A DNA stretch of 64,000 nucleotides, from the NCBI GenBank assembly GCA_964019335.1, contig OZ025760.1, positions 124,001-188,000 on the forward strand, given 5' to 3'. The notes below the pieces were generated by a model. It saw only the letters and a list, made by a program, of their open reading frames with translations. It did no database searches and was not told the DNA's origin. Below, one piece after another: positions 22,862 to 34,135 of the stretch. A program made the translations under genes and the position numbers. The DNA is from Diplonema japonicum. Lineage: Eukaryota > Protista > Euglenozoa: Diplonemea. Numbering within the stretch: the stretch's first letter is position 1; the number at the start of each line of letters is the position of its first letter.

Positions 22862-24927
22862 CCTCGGGTCGTGCTTCGACCGGGGCCGGGTGATCGTGTG
22901 GTGATGATTATAATTGTGATTGATGAAATTGTTTAGGTTAGGGTGTTGGCCGTTCGGCGGGGTTGGGGGTCATTTATCATATGTCAGTCACCACCCGCCT
23001 TCCATACATCTACGGCACACGGTGGTCCTGCACTCGTTTATTATGCATTGTTGGGCCTGGTTCTTCTTGTGCACCCCTTCATCGCATATCTTGCACACTG
23101 CTCCCCTCCAGGTCGAGTACGTGCCGTTGAAGACGTGCGTCTTTCCTGTCACGCAAATGGTAAGGTCTCCTTCCTCCAACAGTTCCTCGTCCCCGTCTCC
23201 CCCTTCAGTTTCAATGTCCGTGTCCGTTCCCGTAGGCGGTGGTCCCAAACTAGACTCAGCATCTTCTGTTCCTTCCATCTCCGTGCCATACTGTGGGGAG
23301 CATGCTTCTTCCGACCTTTGTCCCTGCTTCACGAATACCTTCAGTTGGGCTGTTAGCTCCGTCATCGCCTGCTGTAGTTGGCGTACCTCCTGGCGTAGCT
23401 CGTCATTTTCCTTTCTCAGTTTCAGGACCTCCGACGACTCCTTTGGTTTCTTGAGTGGTCTGCCGGAGAGTTTCTGAATCGCTTTTTCGGTCCTAGACGG
23501 TCTTCCATCGACGTGTTCTTCTGCACCTTCCCCTCTGTGTCTGGCGAACCCTTCGTTGTCTGAGTCTTAGAGCTAGGGGTGGGACCAGTCTTAGCAACCC
23601 CTGCTGCCGCGTTCAGATAGGACTTGGCCCCAGCTGGCGAGGACTGTTTTCTGCTCCATGTCTGCCCTGGGTGTGACTTTAAGGTGGCCATCGGTCTGGT
23701 CGACGTATCCGACGTGATTCTGCAGTTTAGGATCTTCCCTGTCGGGGTCGTGATCCTCACCTTGTCGGTCGGAGGTTTCGTTCCTCTGATGTACCAGCAC
23801 CGAGTCCCGTTGCTCCATCCGCCTCTGACCGGTACTCCCTTCCATCCCATCTTTGCGGTGATCCTCTCCACGTGCTGTTCGCTGCAATCCGAGTAGAGCC
23901 CGGTGAGCTTCCACGTCGGCTCCCCGTGTTGGCTCGACTCTCCCGCTCAGCGCCGTCAGGAACATCGTCTTGTTGCTGTACTCGGTTGCCGTCTTGACGA
24001 CGATGTCGACTTCCAGCCTTCCGTCCCCCCCTTGCTTCGTGAGCACCCCCTTGATCCCTGACCATTTCATTGCCTGCACCTTCAACAAACTCTCCTCAGA
24101 CAGTAGCACCACGCCGTCCATTCCCTTCGCCATGTCCTATCTCGATAAAGGGGACTTGAAACTGGTCCTTTTCTAGCTTCCACACTTTCTTGGCGTCCTC
24201 CTTCGCTGGGGCCGTTCTCTTCTTGTTGTTGTTGGGGGTGCGCCAGGATTTGCGTTCTCCGTCTGTTGTTGGCATCCCCACCTTCACCAGCTCAAACTTC
24301 TGTTGAACGGTCTTCAGCACCCCTTTTTCGAAGGACTCAGCGACAAAGCAGAACCTTCCCTGTCCGTCGTGCCCTATGTGCACTTTCTTTTTCCCGCCTT
24401 GAGCGACCTGTACCACTAAGGACCCCTCTGCGAGCACTGCAACATGAATGTTGGCTTTCAGTGCCCTTGCGGCGGCCTGTATGCACAGGCTGTCTGCGAT
24501 GGATCCTTCACAGAAGCCGTCGAAGTTGCCTCCTTCCACGAGTGGGGTACTCCGCCTCGTTCCGCCTCAGTTCCTGCAGGGCCATGCCCTGCACCTCTGC
24601 CTTCTTCATCGCTAACTTCTTTGCTAGCACTCCGTACAAGGTGTAGTCCTTCCCCGCCTCCACCGTCATGCCAAACCCCTTCAGCGCTCGTGAGAGGTCT
24701 TGGAACCCCATCCTGCTTCGGCCTATCCCTTCTGTCGTTTTTACCTTCTCTGTTGTTATTGTCTTCTCGTCCAGTCTTCTTCGTCCTTCGCTTCCTTCTT
24801 TTGATTTGTCTCTTTTTCCGTCTTCCTAGTTCTTCGCTTTCTATTGATTCTTCCCTCTGTCTTCTCGTCTTTTACTCTTCTTCTATTTTTCCTCTTTTCA
24901 AACCGTATTACCTATTGAGTCGGACAC

Positions 24928-24943
24928 CAATAAAGTACAGAAA
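24928..24943 (-). other. spliced-leader (SL) 3' remnant
   Basis: TTTCTGTACTTTATTG equals the conserved 3' end of the kinetoplastid/diplonemid SL exon; lies at the apparent 5' boundary of LINE B. Confidence 0.8.
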
Positions 24944-25624
24944 AAAAAGGGGGGGGGGAGAAGCATGCTTAGCCTTTGTTTGTTGTGCACAGAACTGAAT
25001 TAAGTCCTTCGGAGGGAAGGAGAAAGTATGGAGCAGCAAAAGAAAGAAAATGCAATCAAAAGAGGAAACCCTCCACCCTTGTTGCTTTTTTTTTTTTTTT
25101 AGTGGGAGTGAAAAATCAGAATTTACTTTATTTTCTTATCCTTTGTTGTAATTTGTACCACCGCCACCTCCCAGACACTCAAATTCTGCTGTCGTTAATA
25201 AAAATATCGTATTTGTGAATATAAGATTGATTTCACTTGTGGGGGCAGTTTTGACTCGTTAAATGTTTTAACACCTCGCTTCGCTCGTGAAGTAATTACC
25301 TCACTCGTCAAAAAAACCACTGCCACCACCGCGTGAAATCGTGCGATCTTATATTATGTTCACTAAATATAAATAATTATTCATTACTCTCTTCCCCATA
25401 TTCCCCGAATCGAACAAAAATAAAACAAAAATAAAACAAAAACAAAAACAAAAAAGAAATAAAGTTTGCTCGCTCCCTGCTACCCACCGTGGTAGTGCCT
25501 AGCTGACGTTTTTTGTACCTTCCAAATCCTTTCATTTTGGTAATCTTCTCTCAGCTTGGCTGCCGCCATCCCCCCTCCTAGCCATAATTCCTCATGCCAA
25601 AATTACCGGTTCCAGCATTTGTCG

Positions 25625-25665
<41 letters not shown>

Positions 25666-26115
25666 CATTACGGCGGGCGTCAAGATCAGACCAGGAATTA
25701 TATTAGTTAGGTCTTATATATTAATCAAACGAACAACAAAAGACCTAACCCAGGTTAAAAACAGCCAATGGTGGGTTAGCCTGGAGGGACCCTCAACACC
25801 AGAACCTGTAGGGCATCTTGACAAACAAAAAAACAAAACAAACGAACAAAACTAAACAACGGTGAAAGGGACTGCCTATAACTTACGCTCGTGTAACGAA
25901 GAAGGGGGGGGGGGGGGGGGGAGGAGAAGACCTACCTCATAAGTTTTACTTTTAACCAAAAAAAAAAAAACTCGATGATTTAAAGCCGGTGGGGGCACCC
26001 TGCACAAGCACCATTTACTTGATTACAGGGGGCGCACCTCGGCCAAAAAAAAAAAAAAAAAAAACACACACGCAGTAAGGCGAGTGCGTACTTAATATAT
26101 ATATATATATTTTTT

Positions 26116-28701
26116 TTAAGCATTCGAGAACAGACTCTTCCTCTCGCTGCCCTGTTTGGACAATAAAACGTTCAGCTTTCTGTTCATGACCTTCTGGTTG
26201 TGGAGAACATCTTGAAGAATGGTAAGAACTTGCGGATGGTTCATGACCCCACCAACGATCGTTTCATCATCCCGATGACTATAGGCAGGATTGTGAGAAC
26301 TTTTTCGCGATTGAGGGCCTCCTCGGTAGGACCCGATGTCCGCTTCTTCCTCTTCGGGGGGTGAGAGGAGGAGGTTGTGGTGGGAGTGGTCCACGTCCTG
26401 ATCAGACTGCTGGTTAGGGATGGACAAAAATTTCCGTGTGTTGTGTGATTCCCTGTGGTTCATCAGATGCATCAGTTCAGCCCCGGTCAGGCTGGGCTGG
26501 TGTCGGGGAACGGTGAGAAATGACGGTGCGGGCTGGTTTCCATCGGCATCATCCTCAAAGGCGATGCTACCTGACCTGTCTCTCATTTCAGGGTCGCCGT
26601 TGCCACCACCGCCTCCTCTTCCTCCTTCTGTCGACCGTCCGTCTTCTCTCACCCGCTCCTCGTTTCGGTTTAGCATTGCCTTCTTGCTGAGGAACTTCGA
26701 CACGCACTCTTCGATCTCCCGTTGGTCCGTCTTACCTGGGGCGATACTTTTCCCAGATTTTTTCTTCAATAACGGGTGTTCTGGAGGTGGGGCCTTTGTG
26801 CGGAGAGCCATCTCTGCCTCCAAGTGGTATCTTAAAAGAGGGAAGGTTTCCACGATGGAGTCGAACCCTTCTTTCTTCAAGATCAGCATCTCGCAGTACG
26901 ACACGCAGCTCACAGACGCTGTACGGGACACGTCGCCGAGAAGCGCAATCTCTCCGAAGAAGGAACCCTTTTGAAGGGAAGCCACCTGCGTGCCATCGGA
27001 CTTCAACACCTGCGCGAACCCGTGCACCACAACGAACAATGCATCCCCCTTCTCACCCTCCACCACAACGTACTCCCCTCGACCGTAAATACGGTGCATC
27101 AAGGACTGCGCCAGTGCGATCCGGCAGTCTGCAGATGTGTGTCGGAATATTGGGACTTGTGACAGATATTCCACTTTCATGTATAGAGCAAGGTGGGCCT
27201 GTACAGTGGGAGGAAGCTTGTCCATCACCTCTGTGAAGGAGCGGAGGTGAATCTTCTGCGACAGTAAATGCTCTTGAAGAGACAGAATGTCGTCCACGGT
27301 CGCCGTGTCCATCCTGTAGTGCTCGATGACCTGAAGGGTCCGGTTCATGTAGTCTCTGTGTTCCACTTCGGTGTCGACAGCCATCATGTAAGAGGTCACC
27401 TTCCCGATCAGCCAGCCGTTCACGATCAGCGCGATCGCGAACAAGAATGTCGCCAGCATGTAAGCAGATGTAGTGCGGATTTCAATATCGCCGTACCCCA
27501 CAGAGGACACGGTGTACATTGTCCAGTAGGTTGCCTTCAGGTACCGAATGGCAGAGGGCCGCACCGTGAAGCAGGGGGCATCGTCGTCGTTGAGGTAACT
27601 GCAGGTCGCCACGATGAACAAACAGCTTGTGAGGTGGAGAAACCCCACCGCGTTCAAGCAGGTCTTCACCATCGGGGCGTACCCGTACTTGCACCGAACC
27701 CTGTTCGCCGTTACACGCTTTGCGCTTGAGAACTCGAACAGGGTCCCGATCCTAGCCCATTTCAACAGCTTTGTACAGTGCAACACAAAGTACACCCAAC
27801 GGTATTCATCCCCTGTCGCCGCCACCACCAAATCAAATGGTGTCCCCACCATTAAGTCTATCGCGAATCCAACAGTTTTGGGATACACTTTCGGCGCTGT
27901 CTTGTACCTTACCAATATGTCCGTCAGCAGTGTTGTTGTCGTCAGGATTTCAAGACAGAGAAGTACTGGGAAGTCCCCGTACCACGGTGTGGGGTGGATC
28001 AACACCAAAGGGACTGTTAAGATGTAGTAGAACGCAGAGGCGAGCACCAAGGAGTCGAAGATCCACCTCTGCGTGGAGTCCTGTACCCACAGAGGGAACC
28101 CATCGTAGGACATTGAAAGCTGCGTCTTCAAAAGGTTCCGTGTCTTGTCGTTGTTCGCTGCAAGGGAGTCGCGGATGGTCGGAACCTTTAACATGGTGCG
28201 TCTCCAGACGGACGGCTGGGTTGCTGTTTTTATCGCGCCCATTAAAGTGAGGAAGATTTCGCTGGAACAGGTCTTCTTGGTGGTGATGTGTGTGTAAGCT
28301 AGCCGTATTTCACCTTCTTTTAAGTCGAGGCCGAGAAGCTGGACTGAGGTTACGACGTCGGTCAGTGCGATGGATCCTTCCATGCCCCTGTCGAGCTGCG
28401 AGAAGATTTCGGAGAAAAGCGATTTTTCACTCGCGCAAAGGTTTTTGTTTCCTTCCCTCTGCTCCGTCATTGCCCTCATACCCCTTAGTCTCAGTGCACT
28501 TGTAGCACCGCCTCCAAGGAGCCCACCAAAATCAGGCGACGGTCCTGGGCTCAACCCTGGCGATGACCGTGTGGAGGGTGTTACTTCCTTCTCCTCCTGC
28601 TCCACCGTGATCTGCGGAACCCGCAGCTTATCCACCGCAAAGGTACTCCTCTTTCTAGGCTGTAGAGGGTTGTCCCCCTCGGTAACTGGAGGGGGTAGCA
28701 T
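26116..28701 (-). CDS. cyclic-nucleotide-binding-domain K+ channel (KCNH/HCN-like) with EF-hand-like N-terminus
   Basis: TM segments, pore TVSSVGYGD, C-linker, CNBD FGEIALLGDVSRTASV; FSQLDRGMEGSI EF-hand-like. Confidence 0.9.
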   Translation of the reverse strand: MLPPPVTEGDNPLQPRKRSTFAVDKLRVPQITVEQEEKEVTPSTRSSPGLSPGPSPDFGGLLGGGATSALRLRGMRAMTEQREGNKNLCASEKSLFSEIFSQLDRGMEGSIALTDVVTSVQLLGLDLKEGEIRLAYTHITTKKTCSSEIFLTLMGAIKTATQPSVWRRTMLKVPTIRDSLAANNDKTRNLLKTQLSMSYDGFPLWVQDSTQRWIFDSLVLASAFYYILTVPLVLIHPTPWYGDFPVLLCLEILTTTTLLTDILVRYKTAPKVYPKTVGFAIDLMVGTPFDLVVAATGDEYRWVYFVLHCTKLLKWARIGTLFEFSSAKRVTANRVRCKYGYAPMVKTCLNAVGFLHLTSCLFIVATCSYLNDDDAPCFTVRPSAIRYLKATYWTMYTVSSVGYGDIEIRTTSAYMLATFLFAIALIVNGWLIGKVTSYMMAVDTEVEHRDYMNRTLQVIEHYRMDTATVDDILSLQEHLLSQKIHLRSFTEVMDKLPPTVQAHLALYMKVEYLSQVPIFRHTSADCRIALAQSLMHRIYGRGEYVVVEGEKGDALFVVVHGFAQVLKSDGTQVASLQKGSFFGEIALLGDVSRTASVSCVSYCEMLILKKEGFDSIVETFPLLRYHLEAEMALRTKAPPPEHPLLKKKSGKSIAPGKTDQREIEECVSKFLSKKAMLNRNEERVREDGRSTEGGRGGGGGNGDPEMRDRSGSIAFEDDADGNQPAPSFLTVPRHQPSLTGAELMHLMNHRESHNTRKFLSIPNQQSDQDVDHSHHNLLLSPPEEEEADIGSYRGGPQSRKSSHNPAYSHRDDETIVGGVMNHPQVLTILQDVLHNQKVMNRKLNVLLSKQGSERKSLFSNA

Positions 28702-29241
28702 TTTTCTTTTATTTTTCTTTTATTTTGTTTTTGTGTTTTTTTGTGTTTTACCCGGCACGTACAAACAACGGCCAGTTCCTCTTTTTCCTGTGGTGGTGAA
28801 ATGGGAGGGACAGCAAAAAAAAAGAAGAAAGAAAAAAAAAGGGGGGGGGAGAGTATACACTATAGGTTTAGCAAAGGGATGGGGTGGTAGGAGGGGGACA
28901 CTGCCAGTTAGACAATATTGGTTACGCGTGCTATTTGAAGTTAGCCCCCTTCCCGCTACCTTCTTTTTTTTTTAAAACATTTTTCTTCCGTTCCAGCGGG
29001 GAAGGGGGGGGGGGGGTGTTATTCTATTCTCGTTCTTTTCTTTCTTTGGAGGTAAAAAAAAAAAAAGTAATATTATATGAAATTAACAACAAACCGTGGG
29101 GGAAAAAAAAAAAGAAAAAAAAAAGGAAAGAAGAAAGAGAACCCACAAACTGGGTGTGTGCTGTATAACCCCCCCCCTTTTTTTTCTCTATTTGGTGCAT
29201 AAACACCGCCCTTATTGCGACACCCCCCCCCCCCCCCCCCC

Positions 29242-29443
29242 AGGGCTATGCTGGCATGGAAACGCGTTTCCATGCATTTTTTGAAAAAAAGGGAAACGGA
29301 AACGGAAACGGATACGGAAACGGAAACGTTTCCTTATGTTTCCTTAAGAAGGAAGCCGTTTCCATAAGAATTTTGAAAAGTATGGAAACGGAAACGGGAA
29401 CGGAAACGGAAACGTTTCCACGTTTCCTGCCAGCATAGCCCTA
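29242..29443. mobile_element. hAT-like MITE with GGAAAC repeats
   Basis: TIR AGGGCTATGCTGGCA/TGCCAGCATAGCCCT inside poly-C; relative at 61880-62038. Confidence 0.75.
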
Positions 29444-29885
29444 GGGGGGGTCATAAGGGGGTCGTTATTTGCCCTTTTTCAGGCTCTTCGCCAAGGGCAT
29501 TTTGGGCCCTTAAAAAAACTGTAACCACCTCAAAAGTGCCCACAAATCACCCAAACCCCCGTTTCCCGATGCTTTCCGGCCCCAGAAGTGCCTAGAATCA
29601 TGTTCTAATTTTGGGGCCCCCGTTTGGTACTTTCCCTATGTAATCCTAGGGAACATAAAATAGGGGCCCCTAGGATTACATAGGGAAAGTACCAAACGGG
29701 GGCCCCAAAATTAGAACATGATTCTAGGCACTTCTGGGGTCGGAAAACATCGGGAAACGGGGGTTTGGGTGATTTGTGGGCACTTTTGGGGTGGTTACAG
29801 TTTTTTTAAAGGCCCAAAATGCCCTTGGCGAAGAGCCTGAAAAAGGGCAAAAAGTGGCCCTTTTTAAGGACCATATGACCCCCCC
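29444..29885. mobile_element. foldback MITE with ~200-bp inverted repeats and TA duplication
   Basis: Near-perfect palindrome around a ~15-nt spacer near 29660; TA at 29442-43 and 29886-87. Confidence 0.85.
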
Positions 29886-29930
29886 TACCCCCCCCCCCCC
29901 CCCCCCCCCCCCTCTCCTTTTTTTATTAAT

Positions 29931-31458
29931 CTACAGAATGGTCTTTGTCGGGTCGTTGATCCGCTTTCGCAAGTCGGCGATCTATTTTTATTATTATTAA
30001 TTTTTATCCTCCTCCCTCCCTCCAACACACACCTTACTGTCTACGTAACTGGCATCAATGGTAACAGTTTTCCCCTTGTATGTTTCCTGCGCAATGAGTT
30101 TTTTTTTTTTATATCATCCATACCGCTTCAAAAGAAATATCCTCAACGATTTTTTCAATCACGGTGACCAGCCGTCTTGCACCGATGTTCTGCATCTCCC
30201 CATTGATGCTCTTAGTGACCGCCGCTACCCGCCGTATCGCGTCCTCAGTAAAGTTCAGACCGACGCCCTCCGTCTTGAGAAGCTCTTGGTTCTGTTTTAT
30301 CTGGTTGAAAGCGGGCTCGGTGAGGATTCGGTAGAAATCGTTTTCGGTCAGATCGGAGAGTTCAACACGGACGGGGAGACGGCCTTGCAGTTCGGCTATC
30401 ATCTCCGAGGGCTTCGCGATGTGGAAGGCACCGGAACAAATGAACAATACGTTGTCGGTTTTAATAGTTGTCCCGTCCTTAAGGGTCACAACACAGCCTT
30501 CGATTAAGGGGAGGAGGTCTTGCTGTACACCTTCTCCTGAAGTGTCAGCGGATCTGTTTTTCTTTGGGGCGACCACCTTGTCGATCTCGTCGATGAATAC
30601 TACTCCGTGGTTCTCTGCTAGCTTCACGGCGTCGAGTTGGATCTGCTTACTGTCGATTAGTTTTTCTAGCTCGTCGTTTATGATTAGTTGCATGGCTTCC
30701 TTGATCTTCGCGGTGAGCTTTTTCGTCTTCCCCTTCTCGTCCTTCCCCTTGTGGTCGCTGAAGATTATCAACCCTTGCATCCTTTCGTCATCCATTTTGA
30801 CTTTTTTGTTCGGCTCTTCCGCAGCAACGGAAAAATCGATTTCTTTTTCGTCAAGCGCGCCTTCAAGAAGCAATGCCTTGTACTTCTCAAGCTCCTCCGG
30901 GTTGTTATCCGGAACGATCTTGCTCAGGATGATTTGAATCGCGGCTTGCTGTGTGTGTGTGTTTTTTTTTTTTTTAAATACTTTTGCATTGTCTTGCTGT
31001 CTTGCTTGAGCGAGTTTTTTAGCTCGTTGGACGGATGCGGTGAAGAGGTCTTCGACTATACTGTCAACGTCTCGACCTTTGAAGCCTACCTCGGTGTACT
31101 TTGTGGCTTCGACCTTTACGAAGGGAGCATCTGTGAGCTTCGCCATTCTCCTTGAAATCTCGGTTTTCCCCACCCCGGTGGGGCCGACCATTAAGATGTT
31201 CTTCGGGTGGATGTCGTCACGGAGGTCCTTATCCTTCAACATAGTTCGCCTCCACCTGTTGCGGAGAGATATCGCGACCGCCCTTTTCGCTGCGTCTTGA
31301 CCTATAATATACTTATCAAGCTCTGTTACCACCGCTCGGGGGATCATGGCTCGCTCAAGAATCTCCTTCTCAAGGTCCCAGTAGGTGGTGGTGGCGATCT
31401 CTGGTGCAGGTTGTGCTGCCGCCTGAATGCATCGCCGCGTAATACCGCGGAGCAACAT
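29931..31458 (-). CDS. hslU: mitochondrial HslU ATPase (4 exons)
   Basis: GPTGVGKT, KVEATKYTEVG, FIDEIDK, QGRLP, GARRL; introns 30949-30981, 30087-30123 and 29982-30032 restore the C-terminus ...DASYVDSK|IADLRKRINDPTKTIL*; N-terminal transit-like peptide. Confidence 0.95.
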
Positions 31459-31620
31459 TTTCTTTTTTTTTCTTCTTTTTTTTTTTGTGTGTGTTCTGTT
31501 TTTAGATTTAATACGCAAAGAAGAAAGAGAGGGGGATGGGGGAAAAGGGGTAATATTACACACTTTTTCCTTTTTTTTTTCCCCCCCCTTTCTCCTCCAT
31601 TTTTCTTTTTTTCTTTTTTT

Positions 31621-32085
31621 TCAAACAAGTTCGTCGCAGTCGTCTTCCACCTTTTGCTCTCGTCCTATTTTTTTTTTTTTTATATTTATTTGTAAAAATA
31701 TAATTACCTGACACCGCCATGTCCCAGTAGTGCCCGCTTCCAAGGGTGTCGAGGTACTTCTTCGCCTTCAGCCCGTCGGTGAAGGTGAGGGATTTGAACT
31801 CTTTCTGCATCTTCCTCTCGGAGTAGCCTTGCCACACGCAGCAGGCGTTGTTCTTGTTGTCCTCGTTTTCAGCCAGTTCGTAGTCGATACGGTGGAGGAG
31901 CAGCCTAGAGAATTTCCGGGTTGGCTTCCTCCCACCGTCAATCATCACCAAGTTGACACCATTTGTTCGTATCAACATCCCTGTTAGGTGCAGCTGCTTG
32001 GCGTTCTCAATAATCTTCCAGATGGCCCTCGCTGAGTGAAGCGCATTTATCCTGTTTTTTTTTTTTTTTTTTAATACCCGCTTTA

Positions 32086-32120
<35 letters not shown>

Positions 32121-33285
32121 GTAAATACTAGACACGGGGTCTTCATTAGCTTCTCGCGTCATCTTTCCTATTATTTTCCGCCTCTTGGCATCCGGGTCGA
32201 GTTTGCGTTCCTTTTTTTTTTTTTTTTTGAAAAAAAAAAAAAAAAAAAAACCTGATTCCGCGCTTCGTGTCTGCCCATTCTCTCTGCCATTTGCGTTCGG
32301 ACAAATCTCTCGATCGTTGTGGGGTCCTATTTTTTTTTTTTTTTTTTAATTGTTCCCTTCCCCCTACCTGCACGGCTTCCTTCCCCATCACCTTCATGAT
32401 ATTTGAGATCTTCACCTTCGGCGGCGGCGGTGCTAAAAGCCCCATCGCGATTTGTTCCTGTTTGTCCTTCTCCCGCTCCACCCTGGTTCGCGTTCGGATC
32501 TTCTTTGCTTCCTTCTTGGTGAGGATAAGTGCCTGCGGCTCTGGGGCTGCTGCAGAGTTCGGCCCCTCTATCGGAACAGGGTGCTCTATATAATGGGTCA
32601 ACACCTTGAACTTAAGCCTCCACTGCAATGCGTCGCTTGTAAGATCATCCCTCACGTCAGAATAGGACTTTGTGAGTAAAATGCTGGCGTCCCACCATTC
32701 CGTATCTGGGACATCGGTGATGTCGCTTTGGAGCTGTTCTTCTGTCAGAACGACAGCTGTTTCAGATGGTTGGATTTGAGGAGCGGACATTTTTAAGTCT
32801 GCGTCTGCAGCTTTCCGTTTTTCTTTGAATTCTTTTCTGGCGTCCATCAGCTTTCTCATTTTCTCGCCTTGTTCGGTGTACTTTCCCGTTTCGCCGAAGA
32901 TCATCCGTTTTCTGTCTTTTCCCTTCATGTGGACTAGTGACTCATCGAAGTAAGCGGACTTGGGTTTGTCGTAAAGGCCTGGTTCGATTTCTTCCTTCTT
33001 AGGGGGCTGCCTTCGTGTGTCGTTTTTCCCCTTCCCCGTCTCGGGTTCCAGTAGCGTGCCGTTTTCGTCGACAAGCCTACCTGAGTCGTCTAAAAAGGCT
33101 TTTATCGGCCTGTTTTGTGCGACCTTTTTCAGCTTGGCGGCGATGTGGTCCATGTGCGTGCTGGGGAGGAGCTCTGTCAAGTCATCCGGTTCAGGATCTG
33201 GGTACACATCCCTGCTCCTCTTTCTAACTTTGTTTGATCCCGTCGACCCGCGGCTTGCAGCACCGCTTTTTCGTGAAAACGACAT
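31621..33285 (-). CDS. PRP3: U4/U6 snRNP protein Prp3 (5 exons)
   Basis: EWWD, YIEHP, LTKKEAKKIR, GLLAPPPPKVKISN; introns 32327-32367, 32211-32251, 32052-32118 and 31665-31707 give EAVQ|DPT..ARNQ|ERKL..IYR|INAL..NAKQLHLTG..HYWDMA. Confidence 0.95.
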
Positions 33286-33390
33286 TTTTTTTTTTTTTTT
33301 TTCCCTTCAAAAATTCAAAAAATTCAAAAAAAAAAAAAAAAAAATGATTGATAGGGTGGGAGACAGGGTTTTTTTTTTTTTTTTTCCTCT

Positions 33391-33891
33391 TCAATCCGTG
33401 TTGCTACGTCTGAGTTTTCGCATTGCTTCTCGTTTCGCCGTTGCTCGGCTCGACGCGGCTTGTTTCAACCGCTCTGTTTTCCCCAGGCCCTTTATTTTGT
33501 CCATAGAGGATGTCAGCCCCGACTCCTTCTTCTTGTTCTTCTTCGCAAGTGGTATTTTTCGTGCTCTGGGGGTGTTGGCCTTGTTCAACGAGGTTCGAAG
33601 TTCGTCCTTCGCCCCCGCGATGGTCCCCCGGGCCGCCTCCTTCACGATGACGTAGTTCCCCACTGTGTTCTGCATACCAGCGTTGTCGTTCCGCACCATC
33701 CCCCTCCCGATGAGGCCTTCCAGGATCGGCTCCAACCACTCTGAGGTCCGCTTGACCGCTGCCTTGGGCAGACACGATTCAAATCGCTTTACAAGAACAC
33801 CCCCGATCGCCTTTTTCGACAGACCTCCTTTGGATTTTGACTGCGCTTCGCTTAAAACCCCCAACACCAGCATCTCTGGTTCAACTTCCAT
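33391..33891 (-). CDS. basic protein with possible linker-histone H1-like winged helix
   Basis: GLSKKAIGG..LEGLIGRGMV followed by a K/R-rich tail; A-tract+AG directly before ATG. Confidence 0.5.
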   Translation of the reverse strand: MEVEPEMLVLGVLSEAQSKSKGGLSKKAIGGVLVKRFESCLPKAAVKRTSEWLEPILEGLIGRGMVRNDNAGMQNTVGNYVIVKEAARGTIAGAKDELRTSLNKANTPRARKIPLAKKNKKKESGLTSSMDKIKGLGKTERLKQAASSRATAKREAMRKLRRSNTD

Positions 33892-34135
33892 CTTTTTTTT
33901 TTTTTTTTTTTTTTCCTTAATATGAGTGTGTGAAGCAATATAATTTTTTTTTTTTTTTTATAAATACATGGGATACAATTTTTTTTTTTTTTTGTTTTAA
34001 CAATATTATTGTCGAGACTAAAAACTAGTTGATGGCAGCGTAATGAGCTATTTTATTAGGTAAAATTCCGCTCGTGCGCACAAACAAAATGGAGCACCAA
34101 ACTAGTTTTTTTTTTTTTTTTTTTTTTTTTTTCTT

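Larger units (their letters stand above)
19125..24943 (-). mobile_element. non-LTR retrotransposon B (OTU-like/Zn-finger ORF1, 2A, APE, RT, CCHC), frameshifted
   Basis: THN, IQET, NVYCHSG, VVGDFN; QHGFR, LDFSKCFD, GILQGCPLS, YADD; CDIC...HQLYECP; homologous to LINE A (VELALDFE). 3' end approximate. Confidence 0.92.

Noticed and set aside
24928-24960. SL RNA gene
   Set aside because: Only the last 16 nt of the exon are present; no AAC(T/C)AA 5' part or tandem array
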